Shown here one piece after another: positions 39,470-51,682 of a stretch of 64,000 bases of DNA. The position numbers were made by a program, and so were the translations under genes. Under the pieces are notes generated by a model, which was not told where the DNA came from, searched no databases, and was given only the letters and a program-made list of their open reading frames with translations. The DNA comes from Peribolospora baueri (Eukaryota): assembly GCA_029717555.1 (NCBI GenBank), contig JAMDHS010000040.1:62001-126000 (forward strand), read 5' to 3'. Numbering within the stretch: the first letter of the stretch is position 1; each line of letters begins with the position of its first letter.

Positions 39470-42400
39470 TCACTTGTCCTTCTTCGATTCTTCCTTCTCC
39501 TCTCCTTTCTCCCCCTCGCCCTCGCCTTCGATCGCCTTCTTCTCCTTCTCCACCGGCTCGGACACCTGTCCAAACTCGTTGACGCGCGTCTTGTCGATCC
39601 GGTAGATCCAACGTTGGTCTGTGTGGCGCCGGGACGACACGCCACCGGAGGGAACGAGGGGGGTCGTCGTCAGCATCGAGCCCCGTCTCGGAGAGGAGCC
39701 GTGGAGGGAAGGCACGCTGCGCTTCTCACAAAGGAAGATGAAGAAAACAATGTCGTCTCGGAAACAAGCCAGACGGTGCAGCGTCGGCATCTTGATACAA
39801 AACGCAAACAGATCCTGCACAGCCAGCCAACCAACGTCCAACAACCGACGGCGATGATACCTAGTCAATCCGACGGACGACCCGCAGGCGAGGAAGAACG
39901 AAAATCACTCACGTCGACAAAAGTGCCCAGGATCTTGTAGACCATGGCCTTGGTGTTGATGTGCGCCACGGACTGCGCGAACGAACGAACGGCGAACGAT
40001 CGTCTCAGCGGGCGGAACAGACACTTCGACTGACCATGACCAACAATTCTGCTTGGCCAACCAGCTCACGCACCTTGAGCTTGTAATTGACGATGAGCTG
40101 AGGTATGAGTGACACGAATCCGAAAGCGTAGACATAGCTCGTCAAGGTGGAGATGACAAACGAGTACCATCCGCTGCAAAGGAAATCACGGACGAGGTCT
40201 TCTTAAGCCTCCGTTCTCGAAACAAACGTCGTCTTCCCTTCCCTCCCCTCCCCGTCCACTCACCGATGCGTTTTGTACAGCGCCGAGTAGATCGAATACG
40301 CTCCCAGCAAAGGCACGGCCACCCAGGAGACGTACTTGAATGCCAGCCGGTCGTACTCCTGCGTCTTCTTCTCCTCCTCCGACAGCACGTGCTTGTCCTT
40401 AATCTCGACCCAGTACGGTAGCCGCGAGCCTGCTGGGGTGGGGATGACGCGGATCGTAACTGCTTTTGTGATCTTCCAAGCTATGGAGAGAAATGAAGTG
40501 GGGAGCGAAAAAATGTTCATCAACTATCAAACTGCTAAAGCCCAGGCGCATCGACGATGCCATCGAGACTACGCACCTTCGATGAGCAGGCCAATGCCTT
40601 GTCCGGCCAAGATCATCCAGCTCGTGTTATCGTTGTTGTCCAAGAGATCTGTGCGTGGATCCCATCATCCAGACAGAATCGCAACACAATTCCATCAGTT
40701 CCGCGGCTCTGCACAGTTTCAAACCCTACCTCGGCCGACCCCCGAGCAACCCTCGCAAACTTACAGAGCAGGATGATGAGTTGAACAAAGACGTTGGTGA
40801 CGATCGTCCACACGCTCACGCCCACCAGGTCCTCCTTCTTCCTCCAGTGGCTCACGTCGCTAGAGAAGGCGAGGAACTCGAACAATGAGTGGAGAATGGA
40901 GACGACGATGGTTAGGCCGAGGAACCATGGCTGTGAAAGGAGGTTCAGGCCAGATGAGGCGATGGAATGGTCCGTCAGCAACTGTGGCCACCTGAAGGCA
41001 ATAAAGGCCCAAAGAGAAAGAATTACGCCTATCGCTCACATTCGTGTTCGCCAACATGTCCTTCAGCATGTCCATTTCAGAGCCCGCCATGCCCGCGCTG
41101 GCACCGCCGTTGCCGGCCGCCTGCTTGTCGAACGCGTCGTTCATCGAGGCGAAAATCTGGAACTTGAAGAAAGAGATTGGGGCAAAGCTGACATGAAGCG
41201 GGAGCTCTCTGCGGATGAAGATGGAGGAAATGCATGTGGGACATGTAAACAAGATGAGCTCACAAGGCGGCAGCAAAAAATGGGTAGTTGACTGAAGAGA
41301 CTTACTTCAGCGTGTCATTCACCTGTGAAATCACCAATCGGAAAATTTCAACAATTCTGTCCAGTCAATACCATGGGCAGCGAGCACAGCCTTGAAAGCT
41401 GACAAGCCAACTCACAGGATACATGTCTCCACGGAGCTGCCAAAAGTCATTAGGAAAGACGACCGGGTAGTGGTACACGTGCTCGCCGGTGGGATCACGC
41501 TTCTCATTCTTTTCCAGCTGAACGACTGTAGGAACCAAGAAAGTCAGCCATTCATATTCCTCGCGCGGAGCATCGAGAGAGGAAGATGGCCCCATGACCC
41601 TTCGAGATTAACTCACAACGCCGGATCGGCGGTGGAAGTTTTCCGATAGGAAGAATGGCGCTAGTGTCGGAGACGACAGCCAAAGTGAGGTTGTTGTGCC
41701 AATGAGGGTAGCCGGCAGAGTAGTCGATCTCCTCGTCCGGCTCCTCGTTCGCCTTCTCCTTGTTGAAGAGGTTCTTCTCTGCCCGGATCTTCTTTCTGGG
41801 AAGAAACTTTGTGAGGACTAGAAGCGTAGTGAAGGGTATAGATCAACAAAGCATTCCGCCGTCGTGTCTTCATCGCGTCACATTCGGATAACGGAAGACT
41901 CACGTTTTCGAGAATGACCGACAACTTCCACGTCCGCACCCGACTGCCCTGCAGCCGGACTCATCTGACTAGGCGTCACAAAGACGTCTGCCCAGACGCT
42001 CGTGTTACCGTTCGCAATCTCGTCCGTGACCTTGAGAGTGACATCAATCTCGGCGCCCTGCTGCCAGTCGCCCCACTGGATGCCCTCGAAGCGCGCCCAA
42101 GGCAAGCCCTTCGAAGTGGCCGAGGCGGTGACGCCGCCCTTTCCATTCGAGACAACGTCGGCACTTGAGGTGGAGTACTTTTCAAAGGGGAAGGTGGAGT
42201 GCTCTACGTTTTCCTCGGTGTTGAGGAAGACCCAGAGGTCGAGCAACGAGCCTGGGGCGTACATGCAGGTCGCTGTCTGTGGACCTCCCAGCTGGGCTGC
42301 ATTGGCATCATTTCCCGAAGAAGCTGTGGAGCTGCCAGGCACTTGAGAAGACGATGGGACGGCCTGGTTGGAAGATTTGCTGGTCCCCATCCACTTAGCA

Positions 42401-42730
42401 ACAAGGCCACTCTCTGCAAGAACCAGACGACGTGTTGAACAGAGATGAGCATGAGTACGACAATGCACAGACGAGAACCGACTGATCATCTACTCACGGC
42501 CAAACACCATTTGGGACACCATATAGATCATGCTGTTTACCATTGAAAACAGTGTCCAATCAGCAGTCCGGCCCTCGACCAATATCATACGGCAGGGGTA
42601 CGCATTAGGACGGCATAACGCTCACTCACAAGCCTCTGGTAACGATATTGAAAATCTTTTTGAAGCCTCCTTCATCCTCCTGCTGCTGTCCGGCCCCAGC
42701 TGCCGCCGCGACAGCTTGGCGGGGTGGCAT
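39470..42730 (-). CDS. CLPTM1-family membrane protein (lipid scramblase-like)
   Basis: YPVVFPNDFW, LHSLFEFLAFSSDVSHW, WKITKA, TQEYDRLAFKY, PQLIVNYKLKSVAH, DDLFAFCIKMPTLHRLACFRDD, YRIDKTRVNEFGQ. Confidence 0.93.
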
Positions 42731-43056
42731 GGTTCTAGGGAACGAGCGTGGTGGTGTAGCTGAGGGAGCAGAAGTCCTTCGCCGTCATTCCGGCCCGAAG
42801 AAAGTCCCAATTACGACGGACCTTATCACTGCCTTGGAGCGACACGTGCGCATGCAATGGTATTCCACGTGATCGTGGGAAGCGATCGAGCTGACGCGGC
42901 CGAAGGCGAGGCTCGATCACGTCGAGAAGCCAGACAAGCCAAGAGAGGCCATCGTCCATCGTTCATCGTCCATCGTCCACCGCGGTGTTCTTCGCAGCAC
43001 ATCCTCCAACTCGCGCACCCTTCTCGCCTCTTTTTATACACTTTCAGTCTGCCAGC

Positions 43057-44382
43057 ATGAGCGCAGGAGCGAGCGAGGGCGCCTACAGGTGAGCTCGAGA
43101 CTGTCTTCTGCGTTCGTCTCTCAATGCTGAGCTCATTCCTGTTCTTTGCCGCCTCGCAGCTTCTCTCTTACCACCTTTTCCCCGTCAGGCAAGGTATGTT
43201 TCAGAAGAAGAGGAACTAGGGCCGCTTCCGAGCCTTACGCTTTGTGGTTGCTTCTTCCCCGCCTTTTGATCTCACCAGCTCGTGCAAATTGAGCATGCCT
43301 TGGCGGCGGTAGCGGGAGGGACTACGAGTTTGGGTATCAAGGGTGGGTTCAAATTCCTCACTAGGAGAAGATGATAAGGACTCAGTTGTGGATATGGCTT
43401 GCTCACGTTATTGCCTGCTCGCCCTTCATACACCAGCTTCCAACGCCATCGTGATCGCGACGGAGAAGAAGTCCCCCTCCCCTTTGGTAGATGACAGCAT
43501 GATCGAGAAAGTGTCCATCATTTGCCCCAACATTGGCATAGTTTATAGTGGCATGGGCCCAGACTTCCGCGTCCTTGTTGCCAAGGCTCGAAAATCCGCT
43601 CAAGCTTACTGGAAAACGTTCGGCGAGTATCCTAGCACAAGGGTGCTAGTTCAGGAGATCGCGACTGTGATGCAGGAGGCGACGCAGAGCGGGTGAGTGC
43701 TACGTCACGGGCAGATTGAGGCTAACGTCTCGATCGGAAAATGATTACCGTGCAACGTCTGCAGCCATGATGTCACCGTTCGCTGATATATTACTCCTTG
43801 TCCTCTCAGTGGTGTGCGACCTTTCGGCGTGTCCCTTCTTGTGGCCGGATACGACAAGCAACGAGGGCCGTCTCTGTACCAGGTCGACCCGTCCGGCTCG
43901 TATTGGGCGTGGAAGGCTAGCGCGATTGGAAAGAACATGGTCAACGCCAAGACGTTCTTGGAGAAGCGGTGCGTACCCATATCTAGCTGTCGGCCGACGC
44001 CATCGTTCCGCTTCTCGTTCTCCAACTCTCCCCTATCTCATGGTGCTAACTCGCTGGTCTCTCTTCTGTTCTTCTTGTGACGCAGGTATAATGATGACCT
44101 TTCCCTTGAAGATGCCATCCACACGGCGCTCCTGACGCTCAAGGAGGGATTCGAAGGGCAGATGACGGAGAAGACGCTCGAAATTGGCATCATTGGCACG
44201 TCGACTGCCACTGCCGTCGGCTCCGTAGAAGGTCAGACGATACCCGTGTTCCGGAAGCTGGCCCAAGCGGAGATCAAGGACTAGTGAGCTACCCGTTCCA
44301 TCATTGATCTTGTGATATGGACGAGCTAATGATCTGACCATTTCTTCTCCGACTACCGTCGACTTACAGCCTTGCCTTGTGA
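43057..44382 (+). CDS. PRE8: 20S proteasome subunit alpha-2
   Basis: [81 protein letters not shown]. Confidence 0.96.
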
Positions 44383-45290
44383 GCTGATTCAGAGCGTTGA
44401 TGTATGCATCTCGTGTCGGTATGTGGTAGTGCAACGAGTGCCCATCCTTGTACGATTTCGACAGCGTGAGAGGGAAAGGACAAGATCATATGACAGCATG
44501 AATCAAATGCGGGCCCGAAATGCGTTTCAGATGGCCACGTCGTAATCGTGTCCTCCATACAGAGTGGATATTGGGCGATGAGCTGGTCATGATGGGACAC
44601 AAAGGAACCCATGGCAAGGTGCTGTGCAGACTTGCCCTAACCTCACGACTGATGGGGTCGACTAGGCGACGAATAAAGTCTTCCGTCTCAGAGAGCCTCC
44701 ACTCTCTCTAGCGACGGCGATCACAGGCACAATCGTCTCCATATGAATGTCGACCTGGGCGTGCCCTCTCTCGTTTCCTCCGCTCTGGCCCCCAATAACC
44801 TCTCGACCTATCTTTATAACTTCTAGACTCCGAACCAGGCCTCATGAGCATCGCACCCCCCGTCCCTTCATACCACGTTCTCCAGCTGCGTCTACGTCTG
44901 TTCGCTCTCCGTTCCAACCTCCGTCTTTCTTTCTTCGTTCCACTCAGTGCCCTCCGGCGTGGGCTCGCGCCGAACATGGGTTTCCATCCCGCTGTTCACG
45001 TCGATCGCGATGATCCGGCTGGCCCTATACCACGCTCGCGCTGGAAATGACGGCCGACGTGAAGACCCCTTCTTCATGCCGTACCATGTACGAATGTTGT
45101 GTTAAGTGTGTAAGAAATGCCTTGATAAGAGAGAAGGGAGCCATATGGTTGTCCAGCTAGATCGGATTCTCTGGCTGCGGCAGGAGTATGGTTGCCCGGC
45201 GATCATGGACTCTCTCCAGCTCCCTCTCGTTCGCCGTCGCCTCCAGAAGTAAGCAGCCCAACGACCTTGTTGAGCACACACAGCGAACGC

Positions 45291-46531
45291 ATGCCCGGTA
45301 TCGACCTGCAAAGAGAGCTGCTCAAGCAGCAGCTGACGATCGAATAGTGAGTCTTCGCAGTGCTCCAGCGAGACGCTGATCTGATCGTTCCGCTGCCTTT
45401 TCGTGTGACCGGCACGGCACGGAAGGACGAACGAAGAGGGCTGACAGCTTTCCCCATCCGTTTCGTCAAACCGCGAATTCCAGTGCCGCTCTTCGCAGTC
45501 CTGGAACTGCTCCCTATGGAGTGTACGTCTTGCCGGACGAGCAAGACATTTTGAGTGAGTGGTGTGCCCCATTCGACGCGGTCAAGAGTCTAGGACGACA
45601 GGTCTGTGCTGAACTCGAGCCGTCTTCTTGTCGCCCACGACGTCGCCGTTTTGTTTCTTTGCGCAGCCTGGCATGGTGTCATATTTCTCCATCGCGGCCC
45701 CTACGCGGGCGGCATCTTCCGCTTCCGTCTCCGCTTCGTCCACTACCCCACCTCGACGCCAGAGCTCTACCTACCGCGAACGCTTCTCCACCCGCTCGTA
45801 GACCCGCACACCGGCAAATTTCACACCGAGCACCGGTTTCCAGACTGGAAACCGAGGAGGGATTACGTGTTCCATTTGCTCCACTACCTCAAGGCTTGCT
45901 TTAAGAGAGACGGGCTTGAGCAGATCGCGAACAGAGGGGAGCATGGGTCGGTCAACAAGGAGGTGTACATGATGTGAGTCAACCGGGACGCGCTCGTAGA
46001 GGTGGCCGGGGGCAGTTGATCCGGCATCGTGGCTGCCTGTGTTAGTGCTCATCCTGCCGGTTTTCTCTGATTCGCATGCTCCGTCCTCGTCGTCCTGCTC
46101 CGCTTTCGACCTCGCCCTTTTCTCAGGTATCGAGACAACGTGAGTGCCAGAGATCCTTACTTTGCATCGACTCGAGCCTCCATTTGCGAGGATTTGCGCG
46201 CTCATTCCTCCCTCTATAATTCCGTCGTCGTCGTCCTTTCTCATCTCTCTCCCATGCACAGCCGGCGCTCTTCGCCAAACTGGCGTCCCAGTCCGTCTCC
46301 CACTCCGCCTCCTCCACCGCCCTCTTCGACTCCGCCTCCCCGTCCCTCCCCGGCTCCTCATCTCCGGACTCGGATTCGCACATCCGGTTCTCGATGCTGG
46401 ATCCAGTACGGGAGAGCAAGCTGAGAGATATGATTTACGGCAGGGCGCTGAGGGAGAGGGAGGAAGCGGAGGAGAGTAGGGAGGAAGAGAGCGACGTGGA
46501 GAGGAAGCTCGAGCGCGAACGATCGGTATGA
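45291..46531 (+). CDS. UBC-variant protein of the AKTIP/FTS (crossbronx) family
   Basis: LTIEY...PYGVYVLP...WHGVIFLHRGPYAGGIFRF...YP...HPLVDP.TG..., with no catalytic Cys seen at the UBC position. Additional 5' exon(s) near 44845-45290 are possible. Confidence 0.8.
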
Positions 46532-47774
46532 AAGAAGGGCAGGCTGGTGTGCGATGGGTGGGTGGTGAAGTAGAGATGCAAGTCCCCCTCGGTGGGCGGA
46601 GGACTGATCGCCCCTTATACCGTACTTAGTAGCGGCACGACGTGTGCGACGGAATTGATACCCTTCTTCTCATGGCTCCAACCCCGGATCACAGCTGAGA
46701 TCAGCTCCTTCGCGTGGCAGCGAATATATCGTCCCGGCCAAAGAAGTGTTATGTGCGATTATGAGAGAAGGAAGGAAAGAACTATGACGGGGCAAACCCG
46801 CCGGAAGAAGAGGGAGTCAGAGCCAGGACCCTAAGGGCAGAAAGGGGAGTAGGAACGGGTGCTATGTTACACGGAGCCATCGACAAGGGGAGATGAGCGG
46901 ATGGATGGACGAAGTGCGCTCACTGACTGGCTCCCTCGCCTCAGGTGCCTGCAGAGGCCACGATATGACTTGTCATCATACCCTAGATGAGCCTAAGATG
47001 TTAGGAGAGATGTGAAGGACGGAAAAGCAGCGGAGGGGGAGGCAAGGTGGCGGGCGCGCGGAACGTAGGGACCGAGACGGGGGAGCATGCGGCGAGGAAA
47101 GAGAGGCATGGAAAGGGAACGGGAAGGGAAGAGATCGAATCTGCGGAGCGACGCAGGATCGGACAAGGAAAGCGAGGTGCGCACAGAGGAAGACCGGAAG
47201 GGAAGTGTGAAGAGGTAAAAGTTACGAACAGGTCATGGCTGCAGACCATCGCCGGCCGGTGCCCAAAGAGGCAGGGCGGTAGGTGATCGAGTCGCAGCTA
47301 CGAATAGGACAACGGGTGGAAAGACGAGAAACAGAGAGAGAAGAGTGTGGATGAGGAAAAGCGCACGATTGTGTCTCCGAATCCACCAAAAGGTGACAGT
47401 GAGACCGGATCCTTCATTCTACGCGACATTTGCTTGCTTTCTTGCTTGTTGATCACCTCCAACTTGCTACGTGCTTGTCTGACTGCGTCACTCCGTGCTA
47501 GGTGGCCATACCTGGCCAAGTTGAGAAGAGGTTGGGATGGGAAGAACCGAGCGAGCGTCCGGCGAGCTCCTCAAACACATGTCGAGTCGATCGTCGAGTA
47601 GAAGGCACGGCTGAGCCTAGGGTACCAGCGCCACCGCCATTCTCCCACTCGAATCTCTCCCCTTTCCCCTCCACCTTCTCTCCCCCGCGGCAGCGCATCC
47701 GTCCACCTACAACTGGCCCTCCCAACCTAGCCGCCAAACACCGCACGAGCCTTGCCGCAGGAACCATCAACGTC

Positions 47775-49070
47775 TCACATAACCTGGCACTTGCTCGGCT
47801 CCGGCTGACCATGTCCTGCTGCGTTCTTCTCGATTTCACCCAGAGTGAGCTCGAAGACCTTGGCTGCATGCGCACGACAGAAAACGACCAAAGTGCAGAC
47901 AACTTTGGTGAGCACTCGAGGACCGGACGACAAGACATCTTTGCACGAGCACTCCTCGACCCAACGCATGCACTCACCGATATTCTCGTTATGCCGAGCG
48001 CTCGTTTCCGTCCAAGCGGATTTGAGCTTTGCTGCCTGTGCCCTGCCTTCCTCTTCGGAGACTTGTCTACCAGACGTGTTCGTGTGATGTATTCGAAGAA
48101 GAGAAACGGAAATGCAATCCACGTCAGCGTTCCACAAGCCAACTTCTAGACGAGTAAAGCGATCGTGCAATGTGCCGCCGTTCTAATCGGGGAAAGGATC
48201 GGACGAGTCCTCACCTCTGGAGCTGCAGGTCGCACTTCTGTCCTACGATGACGCACGGCACTTCCTCCGTGCCGGTATAGCCGAGAATCTTGTCGTGGAT
48301 GATCTGCACCATCTCGAAGCTGGAACGGGAGGCGATGGAATAGACGAGGACAAAGGCGTGGATTCCGATCGCATGGCGGGAGTTAAGGATGCTGTACTCG
48401 TCCTGGCCGTGCAGGGGGGTCGAAATAGAGGGATGATGAGAGCGGTCGAGCGATGGCAGGAGATCGCAGGTAATGACAAAGGTGGAACAGATGGATCGGA
48501 GCACCACGTCCAAGAGAAGGGAAAAAAAAGAAAAAGTCGAAAGCACAGATACGAATGTGATGAGATAGTTGACCAAGGCGTTGGAGAGAACGGATGGATG
48601 CTCACCTGGCCAGCAGTGTCGATGATGTCGCATTCGTACGTCTGGCCCTTATACTTGACGGGCTTGTTGAAAACGTTCTCGATCGTGGGGTAGTACGAGT
48701 CGACGAAAGCGTCCTCGACAAAGCGGACGACGAGCGAGGACTTGCCTAAAAGAGTGGGGAGCGGAACCAATGGAGGCAGACAGGATGGGAAAGAAGACGA
48801 AGAGGCCGGTCAGTAGCCGTCATCCGTCGGCGGTCTCCCTGCCCATACAGCGCGTCAATCGGCTCATGAAGGCGAATAAGCTGCTCTCAGAGGCGACGAC
48901 GATGGGACTGGGCTTGGCTTTCGAAGGGAGAGAGACAGACAGGCATGGATAGAAAAAAGAGAGCGGGTGAAGGCGAAATGTGACGCACCGACGCTACGGC
49001 TTCCGAGCACGGCAATCTTCCGCTTCTTGGCATCCAATGGGGGTTTGGTAATGGCGGCGGAAGTAGCCAT
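47775..49070 (-). CDS. RHB1: Rheb small GTPase
   Basis: RKIAVLGSRSVGKSSL, FVDSYYPTIEN, DTAGQDEYS, VGQKCDL, ETSAR and CAAX box CQVM*. Confidence 0.96.
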
Positions 49071-49447
49071 TTCGGGAGGGGAGGACGATCAACGATCAGA
49101 TGAGGAAAAGGAAGGGAGGAGTGAAGCGAGGGTGCGATCGACGAGGCCGGGCCGCAAGGACCGGATGAGCCGTCCAATGTGTCAGACCGACGACGAATAG
49201 GGCGAGGGGCGCGAGAGAAGGCGAGAGAGGAAGAAACAGGGAGAGGGCGACGTGAGGAAAAGACGGAGGAGGGAAGGCAGGCGACGTGGTGGGGAGAGGA
49301 AAGGGGGTGAGGGAAGGCGGTGAAAAGAACGACGGCGACGAAACTGAAACTGACGGCTGACCGCGTCGGCGACTTGTTTGTACACTGGGGAGCTGCGGCA
49401 GGTCTCCCTAGGGCTTAGATGGTCATCCGCGCCGCAGATCTCATCGC

Positions 49448-49547
49448 GGGGTAATGGTCTAGAGGCATGATACCTCCTTCGGGTTGTTCCGAATCGATTC
49501 GATTCACAGATTGGAGGTGGTCCCGGGTTCGACTCCCGGTTACCCCC
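49448..49547 (+). tRNA. tRNA-Pro(CGG) with 28-nt intron (49484-49511)
   Basis: Acceptor stem GGGGTAA/TTACCCC, D arm TGGTCTAGAGGCATGAT, anticodon stem CCTCC/GGAGG with loop TT-CGG-G[intron]T, T arm CCGGG-TTCGACT-CCCGG, and a Pol III T6 terminator at ~49552. Confidence 0.93.
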
Positions 49548-50599
49548 CTCGTTTTTTGGCGGTTTTTTGCGCCACGGTAGCGTGCTTTTCATTTTACATC
49601 CCGCTGGCTCGATTGTTTTGTTGCTCGCATCAGTCCACTGGTTAGGGCTTTATTAGAAATCCTGCTCACAACTAATTTGCTCCACCGTACAATTTCCACG
49701 GGGCCCGGCAGCATTAGTACTGTGACGTCCCTCAAACCGCGCGCGCCTCCCGTCCGGTTGCCAACCCTTTGAGTATGGGTTCATTGGGTTGGCTTTCTGT
49801 TTTTCTGCCCCTTCCTGGCTCACAATCTGTCCTCGCAATTGCCTTGTCCTTGCGGGCGCTGAGCGTGCTTGCTCGGGCTCGCGATCCTTCGTTGCGGTCA
49901 GGTTTCCTGGCCACGGCGATGATCGTTCGCTTGACATCCAATAGGAACAGAATTAGACGAAGGAATGCACGACGGTCGACGAGCGAGCCTTGCTCTCCTC
50001 AACGCCATGCGTATGTGTGAAGGATAGTCGTGACGGAGCAAGTCACAAACCGTCGATCGCATCCCTAGGCCGTTCTGTAAAAAACGAGCGAACCGCTGCG
50101 AAGGGCGGATTGCCGGGGATGACCTTGCGCGTATTCCGTTCAGCCGTCTCAAAATCTCTTCATACCAGGCCCGTGCGCGGAACCAGGAACCGGCCCGCGG
50201 GTACTGCGGGGCGCTCCGATGCAGGGGTCAGGTGGTGCACAGCGGGGTATGGCGCAGAGGTGGCCATGACCGCATATTACCACCTATTGCCGCACCCATG
50301 CAATAACGTGAATGAGGCCAATCACTCGTTGCACTCTCACCGTCGTATCCGCGTCGCTCCCTCTACCTGCATATGCTTTATGCCGGCGCCTCTTTCCTAT
50401 TCTTACCGTGATTCATGTCTGCTTCTGGTTCTCTGGGCATTTCGTTTTATTCGATAGTGAGCACTTAGCAGGTCGAGATCCGCGGTTGGACACAAGCCCA
50501 AGCGCGACAGGGAGCGCTGGCTTCCCTGACACGTAACGGTGAAATGTTACATACGGAGTCCGGACCTCAACCTGGAGATCCGGAATGCCCGGCGGAAGT

Positions 50600-51200
50600 C
50601 GTTCGACGCCGTGAGTGGTGGATCAAGCCGATATCTGGGGTGAGATCCCTCTCATCCTGCTGCCCTGGTGAACGATCAATCATCGCTTAAAGCTGATTGA
50701 CCCATCCTTTCGCTATGTGAAGAGATATCCGAAATGCCCAGAGGCATTCTGGCAGCAGCTCAGTGATAAATTGAGCTCTAGTGATCGATCGTTGGGAATC
50801 CCCGGCCGACATTAGCTACCTCGTACCGCCCAGTTCACCAGTTCGTGACACTACGTGAAGAGGTCAAGGACAAGCTCGCTAAGCTCGATAACCCTGAAAC
50901 ACTAGATAACAGGCTCTTGGCCAGGAGGCCAGAGAGGAAGGAAGCGGTATGCATGATACCCGGAACAAGAATAAGTATGGCAGCAGTAAAGTCCTCGGAG
51001 CAGGCAGCCATGTCTAGGGCCCAGAACCAGAACTCGTCGAAGGTCGCGACTTTGACGAACATGAACACGGCACACAAGCCCCGCTCCAAGTTGATGGAAG
51101 CGCAAAGGGCCGAGTACAAGGCAAGGGCAAGTGCTTTTACTGCGCGGAGACGGGACACATGTTTAGCAAATGTCCCGAGAGAAATAAGAACCCGACGGCC
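50600..51200 (+). mobile_element. Decayed Ty3/Gypsy LTR-retrotransposon relic (pre-RT pol fragment + gag zinc knuckle)
   Basis: 50630-50780 reads DIWGEIPLILLPW*TINHRLKLIDPSFRYVKRYPKCPEAFWQQLSDKL, the fungal gypsy LPP.R.INH.I.LID...P.CP segment with an in-frame stop. 51090-51180 reads KLMEAQRAEYKA / frameshift / GKCFYCAETGHMFSKCP, a CX2CX4HX4C knuckle. Confidence 0.75.
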
Positions 51201-51539
51201 TCAGCGAACATGGTGTGTACAGTAACCCCTCTTCCATGGAATCCAACTCCGTTTCCCAAGGCGGAGCAGGCGAGTGGGGCAACGTGCCACTCTATGAAGA
51301 GGCGTGATCGGAGCATGTCTACACCTGGCAATGACCTTTTTTCCTTGTCTGTACTGTACCTGCCGTCCTCCGAGGCAGTTCCACATGCCCGACATGGCAC
51401 GCACGATCCCTGGCTCAGAGATTTCCCGGGGCAATTGCGTCTCACAATAGCGGCGAGACGGCGAGGAGGCGTGGCTCCTGGCCCGGCCTAAATTAACATG
51501 AGTACAGTGAAGCGGGGCCCGCCCAGAGTCAATATAGAG

Positions 51540-51680
51540 GAGCGTCAATATGGAGTCGACAGGAGACACGGAAACGAGAGTCGATATAGAATCGAGAGTC
51601 GATATGGAATCGAGAGTCGATATGAAAAAGAAAGTCAATATGGAATCGAGAGTCGATATGAAAAAAGAAAGTCAATATGC
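51540..51680. repeat. Imperfect ~18-bp tandem repeat (gagagtcgatatggaatc)
   Basis: About 6-7 degenerate units, including the variant gaaagtcaatatg, lie immediately 3' of the PKS stop codon. Confidence 0.85.
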
Positions 51681-51682
51681 AG

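Noticed and set aside
46592..47770. Additional gene between the AKTIP-like gene and Rheb
   Set aside because: Only short low-complexity ORFs are present and I could build no coherent spliced model. This is probably convergent 3' UTRs.
50845..51225. Intact 126-aa protein-coding gene
   Set aside because: It has a non-ATG start and the zinc knuckle lies in a shifted frame, so a gag relic explains it better.
51540..51680. CRISPR-like array
   Set aside because: The units are contiguous with no unique spacers, the context is eukaryotic and there are no cas genes. It is a minisatellite.
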